Made by a program: the position numbers and the translations under genes
NCBI GenBank assembly: GCA_964106645.2
Contig: OZ067038.1
Direction: 5' to 3' (one strand)
Length of the DNA stretch: 64,000 nt
Source: Podarcis pityusensis
Lineage: Eukaryota
In this document: positions 12,001 through 26,072 of the stretch, piece after piece
Layout: every line of letters starts with the position of its first letter
Position numbering within the stretch: the stretch's first letter is position 1
Notes under the pieces: model-generated
What the model was told of the DNA's origin: nothing
What the model saw: the letters and a program-made list of their open reading frames with translations, nothing else
Database searches by the model: none

Positions 12001-14339
12001 CTGGAAAAAAAGCAATAAAAATAATATTACTTTTCAGAAGAATATTGGAAATTTTGAACATAAAATTGTACCCATGAGACTTACTTTGCTCTGAAAGTCT
12101 CCACAATAAAGTGGTACCAACAGCAGTCGTAGCTAAATGTGTAATTTTGAAGTCACTGAATAGCAGTCTCTCAAGACTTCCCTACGAGATCAATGAAACT
12201 AGAGAAACGGCTATGGCCAAAATGTATGATTACATCTATTCATCGTTACTATCATTCACAGAATAAGCTCTTCCTTCTTCTGACAACATAAGCCATTATC
12301 ATCTCTAGAATTACATTCATGGGAAAATAAATAGATAAAAAGGAATGTATTTGCTGCACCATGGAAGGGCTTTTGCCATGCTGGATCCTGCATCCCTGGA
12401 AAAATTGTCCCAATTTTAATCAGTTAGCTAAGACGATTCACATGAAAGTCTACAACAGATCACAAGGCCTATTTCAAAAGTTCTGCAGAATAAAGTGGCT
12501 TTGCTCAGAGTTGGTCAAAAAACCATGGCTCGGGTTCAAAGATTCTGATGTGCAAGTAGGAGACCCTTCTGCCCATAGGTTTTCTGTTGCCAATTCCCCC
12601 TCTAAAAATCCACCTCAGGACTCCTAGTCAACCCCCTGAAGTTGGTGAGGACAGTTGTAGACAGAAAGAGAATCTGTATGTTTGCACTGGAGTATTTGGC
12701 TCTAACTATCTTGTTTGAGTGAGCTTGAGATAAATTCGAGCATGTATGATCAGGAGCTCTTCTTCTGCCTCCTGAAGCTGCCTTCCATATTTATATACAC
12801 TATTTCATTCTCTCTTTGACAGGGAAGACTAAGAAGTCGTTGGCTCTATCTTAACATTATATAAAGATGCAGATTATGAATAAACAGATGACATGAGAAT
12901 AGTACAAACACCCCAAGGCGTTCATACAAAGCAGTAACAAATTTAAAGTGAGGGCAACTTCCATGCACGATCAGGCTCTGAGAATCCATATAGCAAAGAC
13001 TCACGAGAAGCACATGCTTCTCAAAGGCGAGACAATGAAACTGAATATACAATACAAAATTATTCAGAAAGCGTATGTGTCACCTCAGCAATTTGTAGCA
13101 GGTCTAGCTAGTAAAAAGAAAGGAAGAATAACACAGCAACACTTTTAGGTAGAGGATGCTTTTCGGCCTAACCAAAAAATACATCAGGCAGCAACACAGC
13201 AGTGGGCTTCTCAATGATGGCACCCACTTTATGCAATACAAAAGGCACCAACAGTGGTTTGTCTCAGTTACCTTTTAAATACCTATATTTTTTTGGATAA
13301 GCATTCCCAGATAATTGATGCCAGCTTTTATTTCACCTTCCACACTGCATTGTGGATGTTTTATGATATTTTATAATACTGTTGTCCTGTTTCTGTTTCT
13401 GTAAAGATTTTTGAGATTATGTATAAAAATGTGCTGCTGTGTTTCTGTTTTGAAGGGATTGTATTGTTTTATTGCATTTATTATAGTTATGTTTTATACC
13501 GCACCACATTGAATAATAAATACAAGAAGTAAACTGGTCCTTGCAAAAGAAGAACTCCTGTGTTGGGCTTCCACTAACAAAAAGGGAGGTAAGGTAACTT
13601 AGAACTAAAAGCTTTCGAGTCTGCTGAATTCACTTATTTGCTTCTCCTCAAGCATATCAAAACAAGGCTGATTTTAAGTTAGCGTTCTTCTGTATGTATG
13701 CATGTTATTCTTCCTTAGGCACTCAAGGGATTAAGTATCTAATAAGCATAAAGCTATGCTCAGCATTTATTAAGAAATGGGGACAGCCAGCCGTGAGCAT
13801 CGACTTGAGCAGGGCAGGGGTGGCAGATGGGGGTGGGTTGTTGGATAGAAGAGTAGTAACTGGAGGTCCTGCATGGTGTAAAACTCCCAGTCATCATCTG
13901 AAACTAATTAACAAAAACTCCCTGTGTGTAGAACTGTTCCTAACATGCAAGGGGGGAAAAAAGCCCCAACAACTTGGCAGCATGATAAAACATCTGTTTT
14001 CTCTTCCATTGCAAAGGGTCACGGCTAACAGACAGCCATTCAGAAAACATGTGACTGTATGGAAGACCCTTTTGGCAAAAGGGATTCGATCCTAGCTGGC
14101 CTGCCTTCCCATGGAAGCAGTGCTCATGTGTATCACTGAAGATGCACCCACAGTTAAATGTAAAACTATTCAGCTTCAGCTGCAGTGCTGTCAGTTACTG
14201 CTCTGACCCATTCAGCAAATGGGTTGAACTAGGCATCCATATATGGCTTTATTTCTGGTCTGGAACAGCCACAAAAATGCATCAGTAAAAAAGAACTCCC
14301 AAGTCTACATTAGTCAGCTAATTATCAGGGTCCTCTCTC

Positions 14340-14367
14340 AAAATAAAATAAAATAAAATAAAATAAA
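14340..14367. repeat. (AAAAT)n microsatellite
   Basis: Read directly. Confidence 0.9.
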
Positions 14368-17300
14368 TTAGCATGGTTATTGTTTTTGTTCATTGATCTC
14401 AAGGAACTATTTAAAGGTACTTTGTTACAATGAATGCTGTTGTAATGCTAACAGCACGGTTAATTGTTTAATCATATGGTTTTCGTCTTCACGCACATCC
14501 TGTTTTTCCTTTTAAAAAGTACATGAAGCATGAAGTTGAAATAATTGTGCTCCAAGACCGCTTAGAACACAGAGCTCACCCTTGAAATCACAATCTCTAT
14601 AATTAGAAGTTCCCCCCCTCCCGAACAAGTTGAAATACTAAGCCTCTTTAAAAAAAGAAAAGTGGTTGTATTTATTTAGTTTGGAATGGTGCCTCAAATT
14701 GCCTATATTGTGCAATAGGTGCACAAAATAGGGGAAAAGATCAGCAGAGGCAGGAAACATCATAATTGCAACAAAATTCGTATGTTGTAGAAGTTTTTAT
14801 GGATGAATTGCAGCCACCGTGGATATACCTCCATGGCCTTTGAGGTCTGTGGCTGAATCCTTCATTCATGTTCCCAAATTTGTAGAGCCAAGTTGTAATA
14901 TAAAGCTGGGCCTTTTTTTCTAGTTATCATGGAGTCTACATTATGTAATTCTCTGTCTGGGAACATTGGCTATGTAGCCTCCTCTCATAGCCTCTGCTGA
15001 TAAATTGTCATCCTTAGAATAAAGCAATTGAAATTGATGGGTCTTATATTAGCCACAACTAACTTACTGATTTCAGTAGGTCTACTGTAAGCAAGGCTGG
15101 ATCCAATCCAATCTGGCTGCTCTCATATAGGTGTCCCCCTCCTCCCACTTAATATTTTAAAAATTAACTGTTGCTTTAATAACTTTTGTTATGTTTTAAT
15201 ATACTTGCAAGCAGCTTTGCATTCTCTTTGCTCTGCAGAAAGGCTGTGACCCTCAGGAAGTTCCAAAAGATTAGTGGGGCTTATTGCAGATTTCCTTAAA
15301 AGACCATGTTAGTAGAAGCTCTCAGAATGCTGGGAGCACCAAAACAATATCCCAACACATGGGGACCACCATATGTATTTATCTAGCTCTCTTTGAAAGC
15401 TGGAGAGAGAGACAGGGAACACAGATCCATTATGTTCCATGGGGATCACTTCCCAGTAAGTGGGTATAGAACTGCAGCTTTAAACTAGTTAGAGAAAGGG
15501 GGGAATTAAAACCAAAAACCAAAAACAAGAAACACACTTTGCATTATCTAGTCAAATATAAAAAATGCCAACAGAAGCAAAGTTAACACTGTATGGCAAC
15601 ATTTTCAGTAGGCATGATTGATAATCCTTTCTGGTTCATAGAACTTGGTTCCATTGCAATGGCAGGGGAGAAATTTCCATGTATATCATGGTTCAGTAAG
15701 TTACTTGCTTCCCAACAAGGGATATACATAGGTAGTGAAGTGAAATGATGCTCATGTAACTCTTTCAACAACTTGCCACCTGAGGAAAGATTGCACCCCC
15801 ATCCCCCAAATGATCTAAGAATTGCCAGAGGAAACGTGTGTAGCAACCCACAATAATATGGGAGTCTTTGGCACATTAGTGCAATTATGACCAAATTATT
15901 CCTCAGCTTGCGACTCAGTGCTGACAATCACAATCTAGTACCTCATTCATTCACTGCATTCATATATGCCTTTCTGTGTGGGCACCCAAGGCAGCTTATG
16001 ATTCTAAAGGACTAAAACAAAGTTAGCCCGATGGGAGGGGACAGTCCCACTGGAGCAGGCCCTAATGTTGTCTGTGCCTGCCTCCCTAGCCTCTTCTTCC
16101 TCCTCACAGGGCATAGTGAAGGAAGAGAAGTCTTAACCTCATAGAGCTTAGCACAAGATTCCTTGATTCAATTCCATCACGGAACTTTCAGCACTGCTAC
16201 TAGAAAGCTTCACTGAAACAGGAAAATGGTGTGCCATTCATACTGGTCTTAAATCTATGTATGAACACAAAAGACAGTATCTGCTTCCTGATTATAGTGG
16301 CATTCAAACAAGACAAGCAGCATGGCTGAAAGGGGCCTTTATTTTTCGCCAGACTATGGTACAAGAACATAGCTGAGCAAATCTGAAACAGCGTTTCTTT
16401 TCAATTCATGAGAATGGAGACATTCCTAAGTGCCTTTTGGATAAGAGGACAACCCTTTGTATGAAGATGTTCAGGGCTTTGTTAAGAAAACAATGCAATG
16501 AGACCTTTTAGAAGCTCCATGTGTATTCCACTAACCTTATCTGAGAGGACCACAAAAAGCCAAAAGCATTCATGGGGAAAAAATAAAAATAAATACTTTT
16601 CATTTTGTAAGAGGAACTCTCAGTTAATTAAATCAATGGGCATATACTGTAGGCATGTATAGGTGTTCAGACTTCATTTTAACATTGCACTGAGCTCATG
16701 GAAGTTGGGCGGAGTAGGCAAACTAACACAATCAACTTAAGAAGTAAACTTGAGTTCACGTAATCCAAGAGACCAAGCAGTGGTCCAGAGTAAGTATGTT
16801 GTAAGAGACATCTCACTCTACTGTCTATGGTGATGTTCTGGTGTTTAAGTAAATATAATTGTGTGTGTATGTCATGATATTAGAGTAATTAAGGTAAATG
16901 TGTAGGTAATTATGGTATTTAAATTAAGGTATGTGTTAGGCTGGGAGAAGGAGAGAGTTCTTGGAATGCTGGAAGTGAGTGGTGACTGAATAAGAGTTTG
17001 AGAGGGAGCCTCAACACTGGTGTGAGACTTCAGAGAATAAGTTGAGTTTCAGACTGGGTGGTAGTTGGGGTGAGAACTGGAGGTGTTTAGAGTGTGTTTG
17101 AGTGGTGGTAGCAAGGGTTGGCATAATAGAATAGTATTAGTACTACCATTGCTTTATATGTAACAAAGGGGGGGGGGATAAAACATAACAGAAACCATAG
17201 CCTTCTGTGCACTAAGTGATCACATAACTTCTGTTTTAATAAAATTACTGTATTGCACCACATGCCACTTATTTGGCTACATTACAGATGGGAAGGATGC

Positions 17301-20300
17301 AGGTACATCGTATGTGGGGTGGCAGTAAGATTAAAGGGAGTTTACAGAAAGCCATTAGAAGCCCAGCTCAGAGCTGTACCTTCTCCAAAGAGTGAGAAGG
17401 TGGTAGAGGGGAGTAAGGAGATGTCTTTTGTCATCAGGTGACAAAAGCAACATAAGAAGAGGACAGAAAATAACCATAAAGGAAACTGCTAAGGCCCTAC
17501 AGGGAAAACTTTAAGCTGTCTCATAAGCAATTTGTTTATAAAAGCAAACATACTATATATTTTAAGATTACACAGCACACCCAGATATCAAGACACAGCA
17601 TCAATAGCCCTTATTAAAAATAGGAAATGTTTTGTGGAAGAGCAAACACATTAAGATGTCATCTCCTGAACCCTTTTATTTATATAACAATGTTGTCAGC
17701 TGCCTAACTTTATAGTCCTAACCCCTTTAACCAGCCAACATAAAGGTAAATAACGGTCCCTTGCATTACACAAAAAATTAAGCTTACCTATGGGCTAAAT
17801 CGAGATTTCCTTCTTGATGCAGGTTAGTAGACATAGTGCTCAGTCTACAGCAAACTAGATGTACAGGTTCTAGGCTAGTGTTCTCTGTGACATGTTAGCT
17901 TTCTGTGTGAGATTTTCAAAATAAGCAAGCAAAGGAACCTTGAACCTTGTAAGCTTCTGTCTGCAATGGTTCAAACCACACACAGGTTTATCCTCTCCAT
18001 CAGACTAGGTCCAGGCCACCATATAATCTAGAAAATGTGGTCTCTGCATGCCTGAACCAGGATGACATCTCTAGTTAGCCAACTCTGCTATTCACATGTG
18101 AAATATATTTCCCTTTCTCTCCCCTTGGCTCACTGAAACTCTGCTCATTCCAAATACTATGGAATTAGATGCTTATCACTCATCATATGTAATAAGGGTG
18201 ATGAAATTATAGTCACATTGCCTTTTGAGTTTTATAAGTGGACCCCATCAGCACATACACATAGTTCAGAGCACTGTTGCCTTTTCAGATTTCTATCCTC
18301 TTGTATTTCCAACTTATGTTTGAAATTTAAGAGCATAACCATAAACACGTTGCTGCTTTTAAAAGCATCACCACCCAAATTCACACAAAGAGGGCTCATT
18401 AACATTGGAGACAAATGTGCACTATTTCCAGTTTTTGTTTTGTGTGTTCCTCTCACCCGTCACATGCCTAGATATTAAATATTGTGACACCACCATTAAC
18501 ACAGAGACCCACAGAACAGCCATAATGCAAGAAAGTCATCTAGTAAGAGCAAGTGTGCATGCATGTGATAAAATGTGCATTAAGTAATAGACATATGGTT
18601 TTCATTTTGCTGTCCTGGAACTAATCCAAGGACATTTCAGGTTATTAGCTCCACTGTTCCTCAGTGGAGAATTTGGAAAAATATTGCCTAAGCTGAAAAA
18701 AGCCACCCTGGTTTATACATTACTCAAGAAGAAGCAGAACGGACAAAAAAGGTGTGCCAGATTTGTTTCATATTTAATCATTCTGAGGGGCTCTCACATT
18801 ATTTAGTCACTTGAATATTTTAGAAAGTACTATGTTTTCAAACTTGGAATGATAGACTTTAAAGAATGATTGCAATATACGTATGTGCAGTAGACCTGCA
18901 TCACTCATAGTTTACAATAATTCCCATTATTGACAGCTGCCTGTATTATAATCTGTCACAGCTGGACAAAGATAAGGACCCAAACAGCAAAAGATTGGAG
19001 GATCAAAACATGGGAAATAGTAAATACAATAAAGTTAACTAACCTTGTGGAAAAGTGGGGTATGTCTATAATATATTAGTGCACCAGAGTACAGGAGTAC
19101 ATACTTTTCAGGATGTTGCAAGTCACTTAAAAAATTATATATATTCTTTTTAGGTAAACAGTATTGTTGGAATAGATTTGCTATTACAATGTGTTGGCAG
19201 CTGATGACCACACATGCCAGAGAGTTCTGTTACCTTTATATCTCTATCATTATATCTCTATCATTAATGTATCTCTTTTGTTGTAATTATATTTTGACTG
19301 ACTTGTAGTTGGATAACAACAAGAGCAACCACCACACCAATGGCTCCCACTTGCTGGTCTTATGAAAGTTTGACATACAAATAAAGACTATTTTTGAACT
19401 GCTCTATTCTAACTCTGCAAAGATTCACACTCTTCAGTCATTTTCTACTTCTTTCATTTCATATGCCGTTAATGCAGAGAGGTAAGCACTGACTTACCAC
19501 TGGAAGTAGGGGAATATGCTTTAGAAAAATTAAGTGTTTTGCTGCTATAACCAATACAAATTTTTCCAGGAAATGGCAGGGACTTTCTATTTAATGAAGT
19601 TCAGATTCTGAAGAAAGTTTATTCCCGCCCCCTGCTGTTCAGTTCTTTCCACAAGACTGCTCTTTCTCCTAATTTATATGCATTCTGTTGGCAACCTTTG
19701 GCCTTTGTAAAATGGGAACATTTGTAGCATTACTCAGGCTGACTTGAGTTTTATCAGATTACGTTTCTTTTGGTGGCTGAAATGGCTGATTCTATATCAG
19801 TAGAACCTGACAAAAATACCACAATTTATTTTTTAGTGAGTGAACCATGCGTGACATTTGGCTTCCTCCATCTCCAAAGTAAGCCATTTTTCTAGTCCAA
19901 GTTCCATGTGCTAGGCCACAGTATGTGATGGCTGGAGTTGCAATTATTTACAAGAATTTGCCACTCACTGGTTTTATTTGCAAGCATCTTCATATTGGAG
20001 TACTATATGACCTCAGAACACTGGTTGTCATACTGTAGAGCTTGGTCTTTTGGTTCCTGATTATATATAATATGTGCATATTATACACATAACCAAGTCA
20101 ACATACCTTTCTTTTAAGGGGAGTAAGAAGGGTGATGGGTAAATAGGCCTTAATGTGGACAATTGCATTTCCCCCCAAAATATAAATGCAGCATAAACAG
20201 CAGAGTTGAAAACTGTTGTGTTCCATCTTTTGAAAACAAGAAACAATGCATGTTTCATTGTCATAACAAGCTGCTGAGAATATGTGCCTGGTAGTGACAT

Positions 20301-21013
20301 AATTTTTGTCTTGATGGTTAGCTTAGTATTACAAGTGGTACCTGCTGAGCATTCTGTCTTCATTGGGCTGTTTGGAGATTTCATCTCCCCTTCCTTTTCT
20401 TCCTAAAGGTTTGTTGTTGCAAACCTTGGGGTTTCCCCTCCTCTACTGATAACCTCCTTTCTCTGCGTTGGTGTGCTGTTTTGGCTACATTAATCAACAA
20501 CACTCATGCCTGGAGACTGGAATTAGAGGGAAAGATTCCAGGCATGATCTGTAAGGTAGCCAAAAGTGGTGACTACTTCCTGAGTAAAGTATTTAGTTTC
20601 TCTTCAAGTGACAAATTGTCATCGCTATAGATTTATGATAACAAAATCTAACTACCCCAAGAGTAGTACTGTCAAAAATCATCCTAGGTGATTGTTTAGG
20701 ACCTTGCCCCATGAGCATGTTTTGTTTTTTAAAATGATGGAGGACTTCAAGTACACATGAGAAGGTCCATTATGAGAAGGCATTGATGAGAAGGCATTGA
20801 TTTCATGCCAGGAAGGATCCACTATCACCAGAGTGTAGAGCAGGGGGTGAAGAATATGTGGCTCCCCAGGTGTTGCTGGACTATAACTCTTTTCTTATCC
20901 CCAGCCAATATGGTCAGCAGTGAGGGATGATGGGAGTTAAAATGTCCAACAATAACTGGAGGACACAGGTTTCTGAGGTTACTCTCCGAGTGGTCCAAAT
21001 GCATTTATCTTAC

Positions 21014-21105
21014 CTTTGCCATCTGTGCTTGGACTCCAGTGGCCTTCAGAGCGGATACTGCTTTCTGAGCTGCAGCTGGACTGTCAAAGTCTACAAAACC
21101 ATAAC
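21014..21105 (-). CDS. RBMS1: RBMS1 exon 4 (92 nt), [31 protein letters not shown]
   Basis: Read manually (absent from the ORF track); acceptor ttccag|GT, donor AAG|gtaaga; completes RNP1 KGYGFVDF. Confidence 0.97.
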
Positions 21106-22908
21106 CTGGAATTTAAAACATCACTTATTTATTGGGTAAGAAAAGCTGAAGTGTTCGCTTTCTATTTCATCTGAAAGCTTAAGGGCAATGGCTTATAACA
21201 TGCATGTTTTATTTCATCCTCATAACCATCCCCTGTAAAACGAGGATGAGGAAATAGTGTCTATGAAAGCACACTCTACATTGTTTTCCAGAGCTTCCAA
21301 AAGGCTTTTTTTCTTTAACAGTTACTACTGCACAATTCACTAGAAAAGAGTTGTTGTCTTAGTTTGAAACATTTCATATTGCAAAAAAACAAATATCTGA
21401 GACGTTTGTTTGGATTTGGTTTTTTATTGGCACATGCTCCATTTACTGCCTATAATGATTCCTTGTTCAGTGCCATATATAAGGCTATCACTTGTAGCCT
21501 TTTACAAAAATTGAATATGCACATTATTTGTACATCTACTGAATATACAATATACAATGGGCATTCATCCATGAATGGTGATATCTCATCATGAAGAGAA
21601 TGGCCAAATGTATTTAGCCCATATTTGTTGCTAACCCTTATCTACACTGAAATATGACTGCAACATCACTAAATACAACAACCTGCTTATCCAGATTTTT
21701 TTTAAAAAACAACAACAACATGCTATTCTTGGGCTGGTTCATACTTGCACCATGCCATGGTTCAGTGCTTATGTTGGCAAGCTTCTGAGAGATTCAGCAA
21801 AGAGTAGGGCCTACATGTTCCCCTTCACCCCATGGCCAAGACTAGTTTGAAAGAACCATGGGTGAGCAATATGCATGAACCAAGAATCCTGGTTTAAAAC
21901 AAGCAACAGGCTGTTACAACAAGCCAGCTTCATAAACCATGATTTGAAGTTGGCTTATTTAGCAACTAATCATTGGTTGTTGTAAACCAGGGTGTAATAC
22001 GAAGTGGATATTCTTTGAAACTAAAAGTAAATTAGGAAGATGCAGCCATGCAGGAAGATGTGAAGAAGAGGATGTGTCTGAGCTCATTAAAGCTTGCTCA
22101 TGGTTTTTAGTGCTTTGTGCAGACCAGCAGATTTTCACTTCATGCAGTTAAATTAAAAGGAGGAATGCATGCTGTCTGCTTGGGTGGACACTCTCATCAC
22201 AGTCATCCTAGATGGGAATCTGGAAATCTTTATTAAACCCAGTCAAGGATTACATGGCAACTGGGAGTGCACCCATATACTAAATTAAAGAGACTGTTTT
22301 GCAATTTATTATATGTTCTTTATTGATGATGGTCATGGTGGTAAAACAGAGGAGATTAAGCAGTCTTTTCGGTGGCGGCACCCATACCCTTCCCTGAGCA
22401 ATAAGGCATATGCCAATGCTAGTTCAGTTGCTGAATACTTTTTTATTTACTTTCGCCTTTGTTAGCCCTTGATGCCCATTGTTACAAGTTTTAATTTATT
22501 TGGAATATAGATTGTGTTTGGATTTTAATTTTATTGTGCATTGTATTGTTTTTTACTATAGCATATTTCCCCAACTATCAGAAATGTTTGAAATTAAGTA
22601 TTTTATTAAAAGGGAGAAAGTCAACTTTCCCTCCATATCTTCTCCTAGGGTGACATTCCCAACTTTGCTCTGGAGCATTGCGGGAAACCCCAGAACAGAT
22701 TTAGGGAGTACACAGGCAGGTGTATTTTCACTGTGCAGTCCAAAGTCCTTGTGCTTACAGAGCTACTTCATTGGATACCCCCAATATTATATTATTATTC
22801 TAAATAATATATGATATAATATATATTTAATATATTTAGATATTGTAAGTAAGATTACGTTTTATTCTCTTTCTTAAGAAAAATGAAGACACTATGTTGT
22901 TTCCACTA

Positions 22909-23158
22909 CAGTCGTAACCTTGTTTTTGAACAGCTTAGTTCTCGAACATTTTGGCTCCCAAATGCCACAAACCAGGAAGTGACTGTTCCTGTTTGCGAAC
23001 TATTTTCAGAAGCTGAACATCCAACGGGGCTTCTGCGGCTTCTGATTCGCTGCAAGAGCTTCCTGCAGCCACTCAGAAGCTGTGATTTAGTTTCTGAACA
23101 TTTTGGAAGTTGAACGGACTTCCGGAACGGATTCCGTCCGACTTCCAAGGTACGACTG
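22909..23158. mobile_element. Tigger/pogo-like MITE, 250 bp
   Basis: TA|CAGTCGTA(A)CCTTG ... CAAGGTACGACTG|TA: TIRs with a TA target duplication. Confidence 0.85.
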
Positions 23159-23558
23159 TAGTGGCCTTCTGCAAATGGAGTCTTTCCATTCACAGAAGCG
23201 TCTTTGTTCTGGCATATGCCTTTGTTAATGAAAGAGAAAGAGAGACGGTTTGTGCAGCTTCTACCTTCCTTCTGCACTCATCTTCCACACTGTTCTGGAT
23301 GGTCCCCACAACCTCCTGGGAAGAGACCCCTCACATGAAATGAGGGATTGCTGCACAGCAACTAAGTACAAAACAATCCAATAAAGAAGAAGGATAACAT
23401 ATGACAACTGTAGCAAGCAGGACTCATTTGACTAGTATCAAAGGCCTGCGGAAGCTTGAGTAAGTAGAAGCTCACTACAGTTGCCTGCGGTGTGTTGGTG
23501 GGAAGGTCATTCCACAGGCTGGGGACCACCACAGAAAAGGTACATTGTCATCCTAACA

Positions 23559-23630
23559 CTGCAATCCTATACATGTTTATTCAGGTGAAGTCCCTGGGAC
23601 ACTCCCACAAATGGGTATAGGACTGCAGCC
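23559..23630. repeat. Short palindromic interspersed repeat (CTGCAATCCTATAC...GTATAGGAYTGCAG); degenerate relatives near 15425, 28715, 43890, 54470, 58420 and 63645
   Basis: Terminal inverted arms ctgcaatcctatac / gtataggactgcag seen directly; family unnamed. Confidence 0.55.
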
Positions 23631-24602
23631 TAATTCAGTTTAAGTAATTCCTGTTTTCAAACATTGGCTACATCTGAGCATTAAGTTTAGCATCAGCATG
23701 AAAATAATGTGGACAAATCCAATTAATAGAATCTCTTTTGAGATTAAAATCCTCTGTATGTGTTCTAAAATAACTGGCTTTTTACCATCAGCCTTTGAGT
23801 AAAATGTTTGGGCTCGGTTAATGATGAGCTTTCACTTTCTTTGTTCTTGCTTGTCAACTTTGTCCCTAATCGTGGAGGGAGTCAATATTAGCCTTGCTAA
23901 GTTGGCAGATGCTTTCCTGTGCTTAAGAGTGGTGTTCCTCCCCTTTTGGAAAAAGGGGCTGCAACCTGATATGTCAGTGTTTGCCATTACGTTCCACCCA
24001 CCACTCATTCTGTTGGGAAATGATCTAATCATAATTACACTGAAGGTCACCAAACTAAATTAATGCACCCGGTGTCTCAGAAAGAAGTTTATTGTTTCCC
24101 CCCCCAGCTATAATTATGTCAGTGAAAATGAAACCCTTTCCCCCCTGCTCCATTATATTCAAAAAGAAACAGAACACAAATACAATTAGAGGATTGGAAC
24201 ATGCAATTAAGAACTGCTTAACACTACTTCGTTCTAATTAATAAAGCCAATTTACACAATATGTAATCTTTTCAGATACTTTCTGCTGTCAAATGGTCCT
24301 TTGTAAAGAGTTCTCATCTCGGCAGGCTAAGGGGGGGTGGAAGCATTTCAAACCTCCCTTTCTTCTTTGAAGCTGAGGCTAAATGGCAAACAGTGCCATG
24401 CATGTTAAATTTGACTGAAGTCATCTGAAGTTTTGGCACCCTGTTTGTAGGGCTGGGTACATTCCAGACCTACTAGGGAACAAATGCTCCAGAGTAATGC
24501 ATGGAAAGACCATTTGTGTGTGTGTGCGTGCGTGTGTGTGTTTAAAGCAAATTTTAAAGGATATTAAATCAAAAATTGAAAAAGAATTAACAAGGAACAT
24601 AC

Positions 24603-24661
24603 CTTTGCATTTGTTTGTCGTTTTATCCAAAATAGCTTTCGTAGACACAATTTTCCCATAT
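24603..24661 (-). CDS. RBMS1: RBMS1 exon 3 (59 nt), YGKIVSTKAILDKTTNKCKG
   Basis: Acceptor tttag|A, donor G|gtatgt; peptide visible in ORF 24421..24780. Confidence 0.96.
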
Positions 24662-26034
24662 CTAAATTTTTTTTTCATAAAAGGAAGAAAGCAGAAGTTA
24701 CGCTTACAAAATTCCAGTACTAAGAATGAAACTGCAGTACTACTGTGCAACCCTGCACTTGTGAAAATACATTTACTCAATTGCTTTAACCTCCAAAAAG
24801 GAAAAATGTACTGCCCAACAACCCAATCCTACCCATGGCTGCAGTGACCTGAGTACACAACAGGGCTTTGCATCAGACCAGCAATAGTGGCACCCACTGT
24901 GCCTACTTTCTATTAAACAGAAGGTGGGGGAACTGCATGCTTCAACTCCTTTATATTATGTACTACTGCATTTGTGGACCAGAACAGCTGGATTCCATCC
25001 TTTGTCCTTAAATTTTATCTGCAGCACTCCAAAGCATTTCATTTTGGATTTTTTGTTCCCATTTTTCAGAATTGATACTTGAGAGTAGTAGAGAGAAGGT
25101 ATGCTCCACAACATTTGAAGGGAATGTCTACCCCTGGTATAGACATTATGTAGCTAGATGGAAAAATGGTCCAACTTGATAGAAGGAAAAGTCCTTCTTA
25201 TGTTCCATCAATTAGACTCAAGATCTGGGCTCTGAGCAGAGTGAAGCCTGTTTAGTTTTATGTGCTCTAAGACATGTGTTTCGTGTGGCTGTTGCATGAA
25301 AGCTGCACTTTAGATTTATATTACACTGCAATAAGGTACAGTAATACAACACAGCATAAAATTGTCCTTTATTTCCTGATAAATTTAGTTATCAATGAAT
25401 ATGCAGACTAAAAATATGAACTCACAGTAAGAACTCCTCCATTGCATTCCTGCAACACAAACCTGTGTTTTCAGGGCTAGAAGCTAATAAACTTTTTAAA
25501 AAAATATTTTATCTAGTGGCATAATAATACCCACTTTCAAGTTTTCCAAGGGTGATGAAGGCCAGTAATACAGGGGTGGTAGTTTCCTTTCAGATGCTAG
25601 GTGCAGATGTATAAAATTTATAGAAATTTTGAAACCAGGGGGGCATTTTTTTCCCTGGTTTGTAGGGTGTAGGAATGGAAATCTTAGAGAAAATAGGAAA
25701 ATATGCATTTTTAACATCATTTACAGATCAAAAGCCACTTGGTTTGTCATAACATTATCATGTTTGGAAAGTAAAAGTACAGTTCATTTATACAATACAG
25801 TACTTACAATTTAAAATTCCTTAATTAAAGGAATTTAATTTCATTAAAATAAATTATTATGTATTTTGGAATACATAATTGGAGTACACAGTCTCCGCAG
25901 TGCCAAGCAGACATAAAGCATTCATTGCCATAAAAAGGAGGGTTTTATTCTGTATTGTTCTATTTCATGTTTTAATGTGTTGTAAACTGCTTTGAGATTT
26001 GTTCTTTAAAATATAAAGCAGTGCAGAAATGAAA

Positions 26035-26036
<2 letters not shown>

Positions 26037-26071
<35 letters not shown>
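26037..26071. repeat. (AAT)n microsatellite
   Basis: Read directly; probably the tail of an old LINE fragment. Confidence 0.9.

Positions 26072-26072
<1 letters not shown>

Noticed and set aside
17783-17792. Strong minus-strand donor AG|GTAAGC in intron 4
   Set aside because: No convincing upstream acceptor to define an exon.
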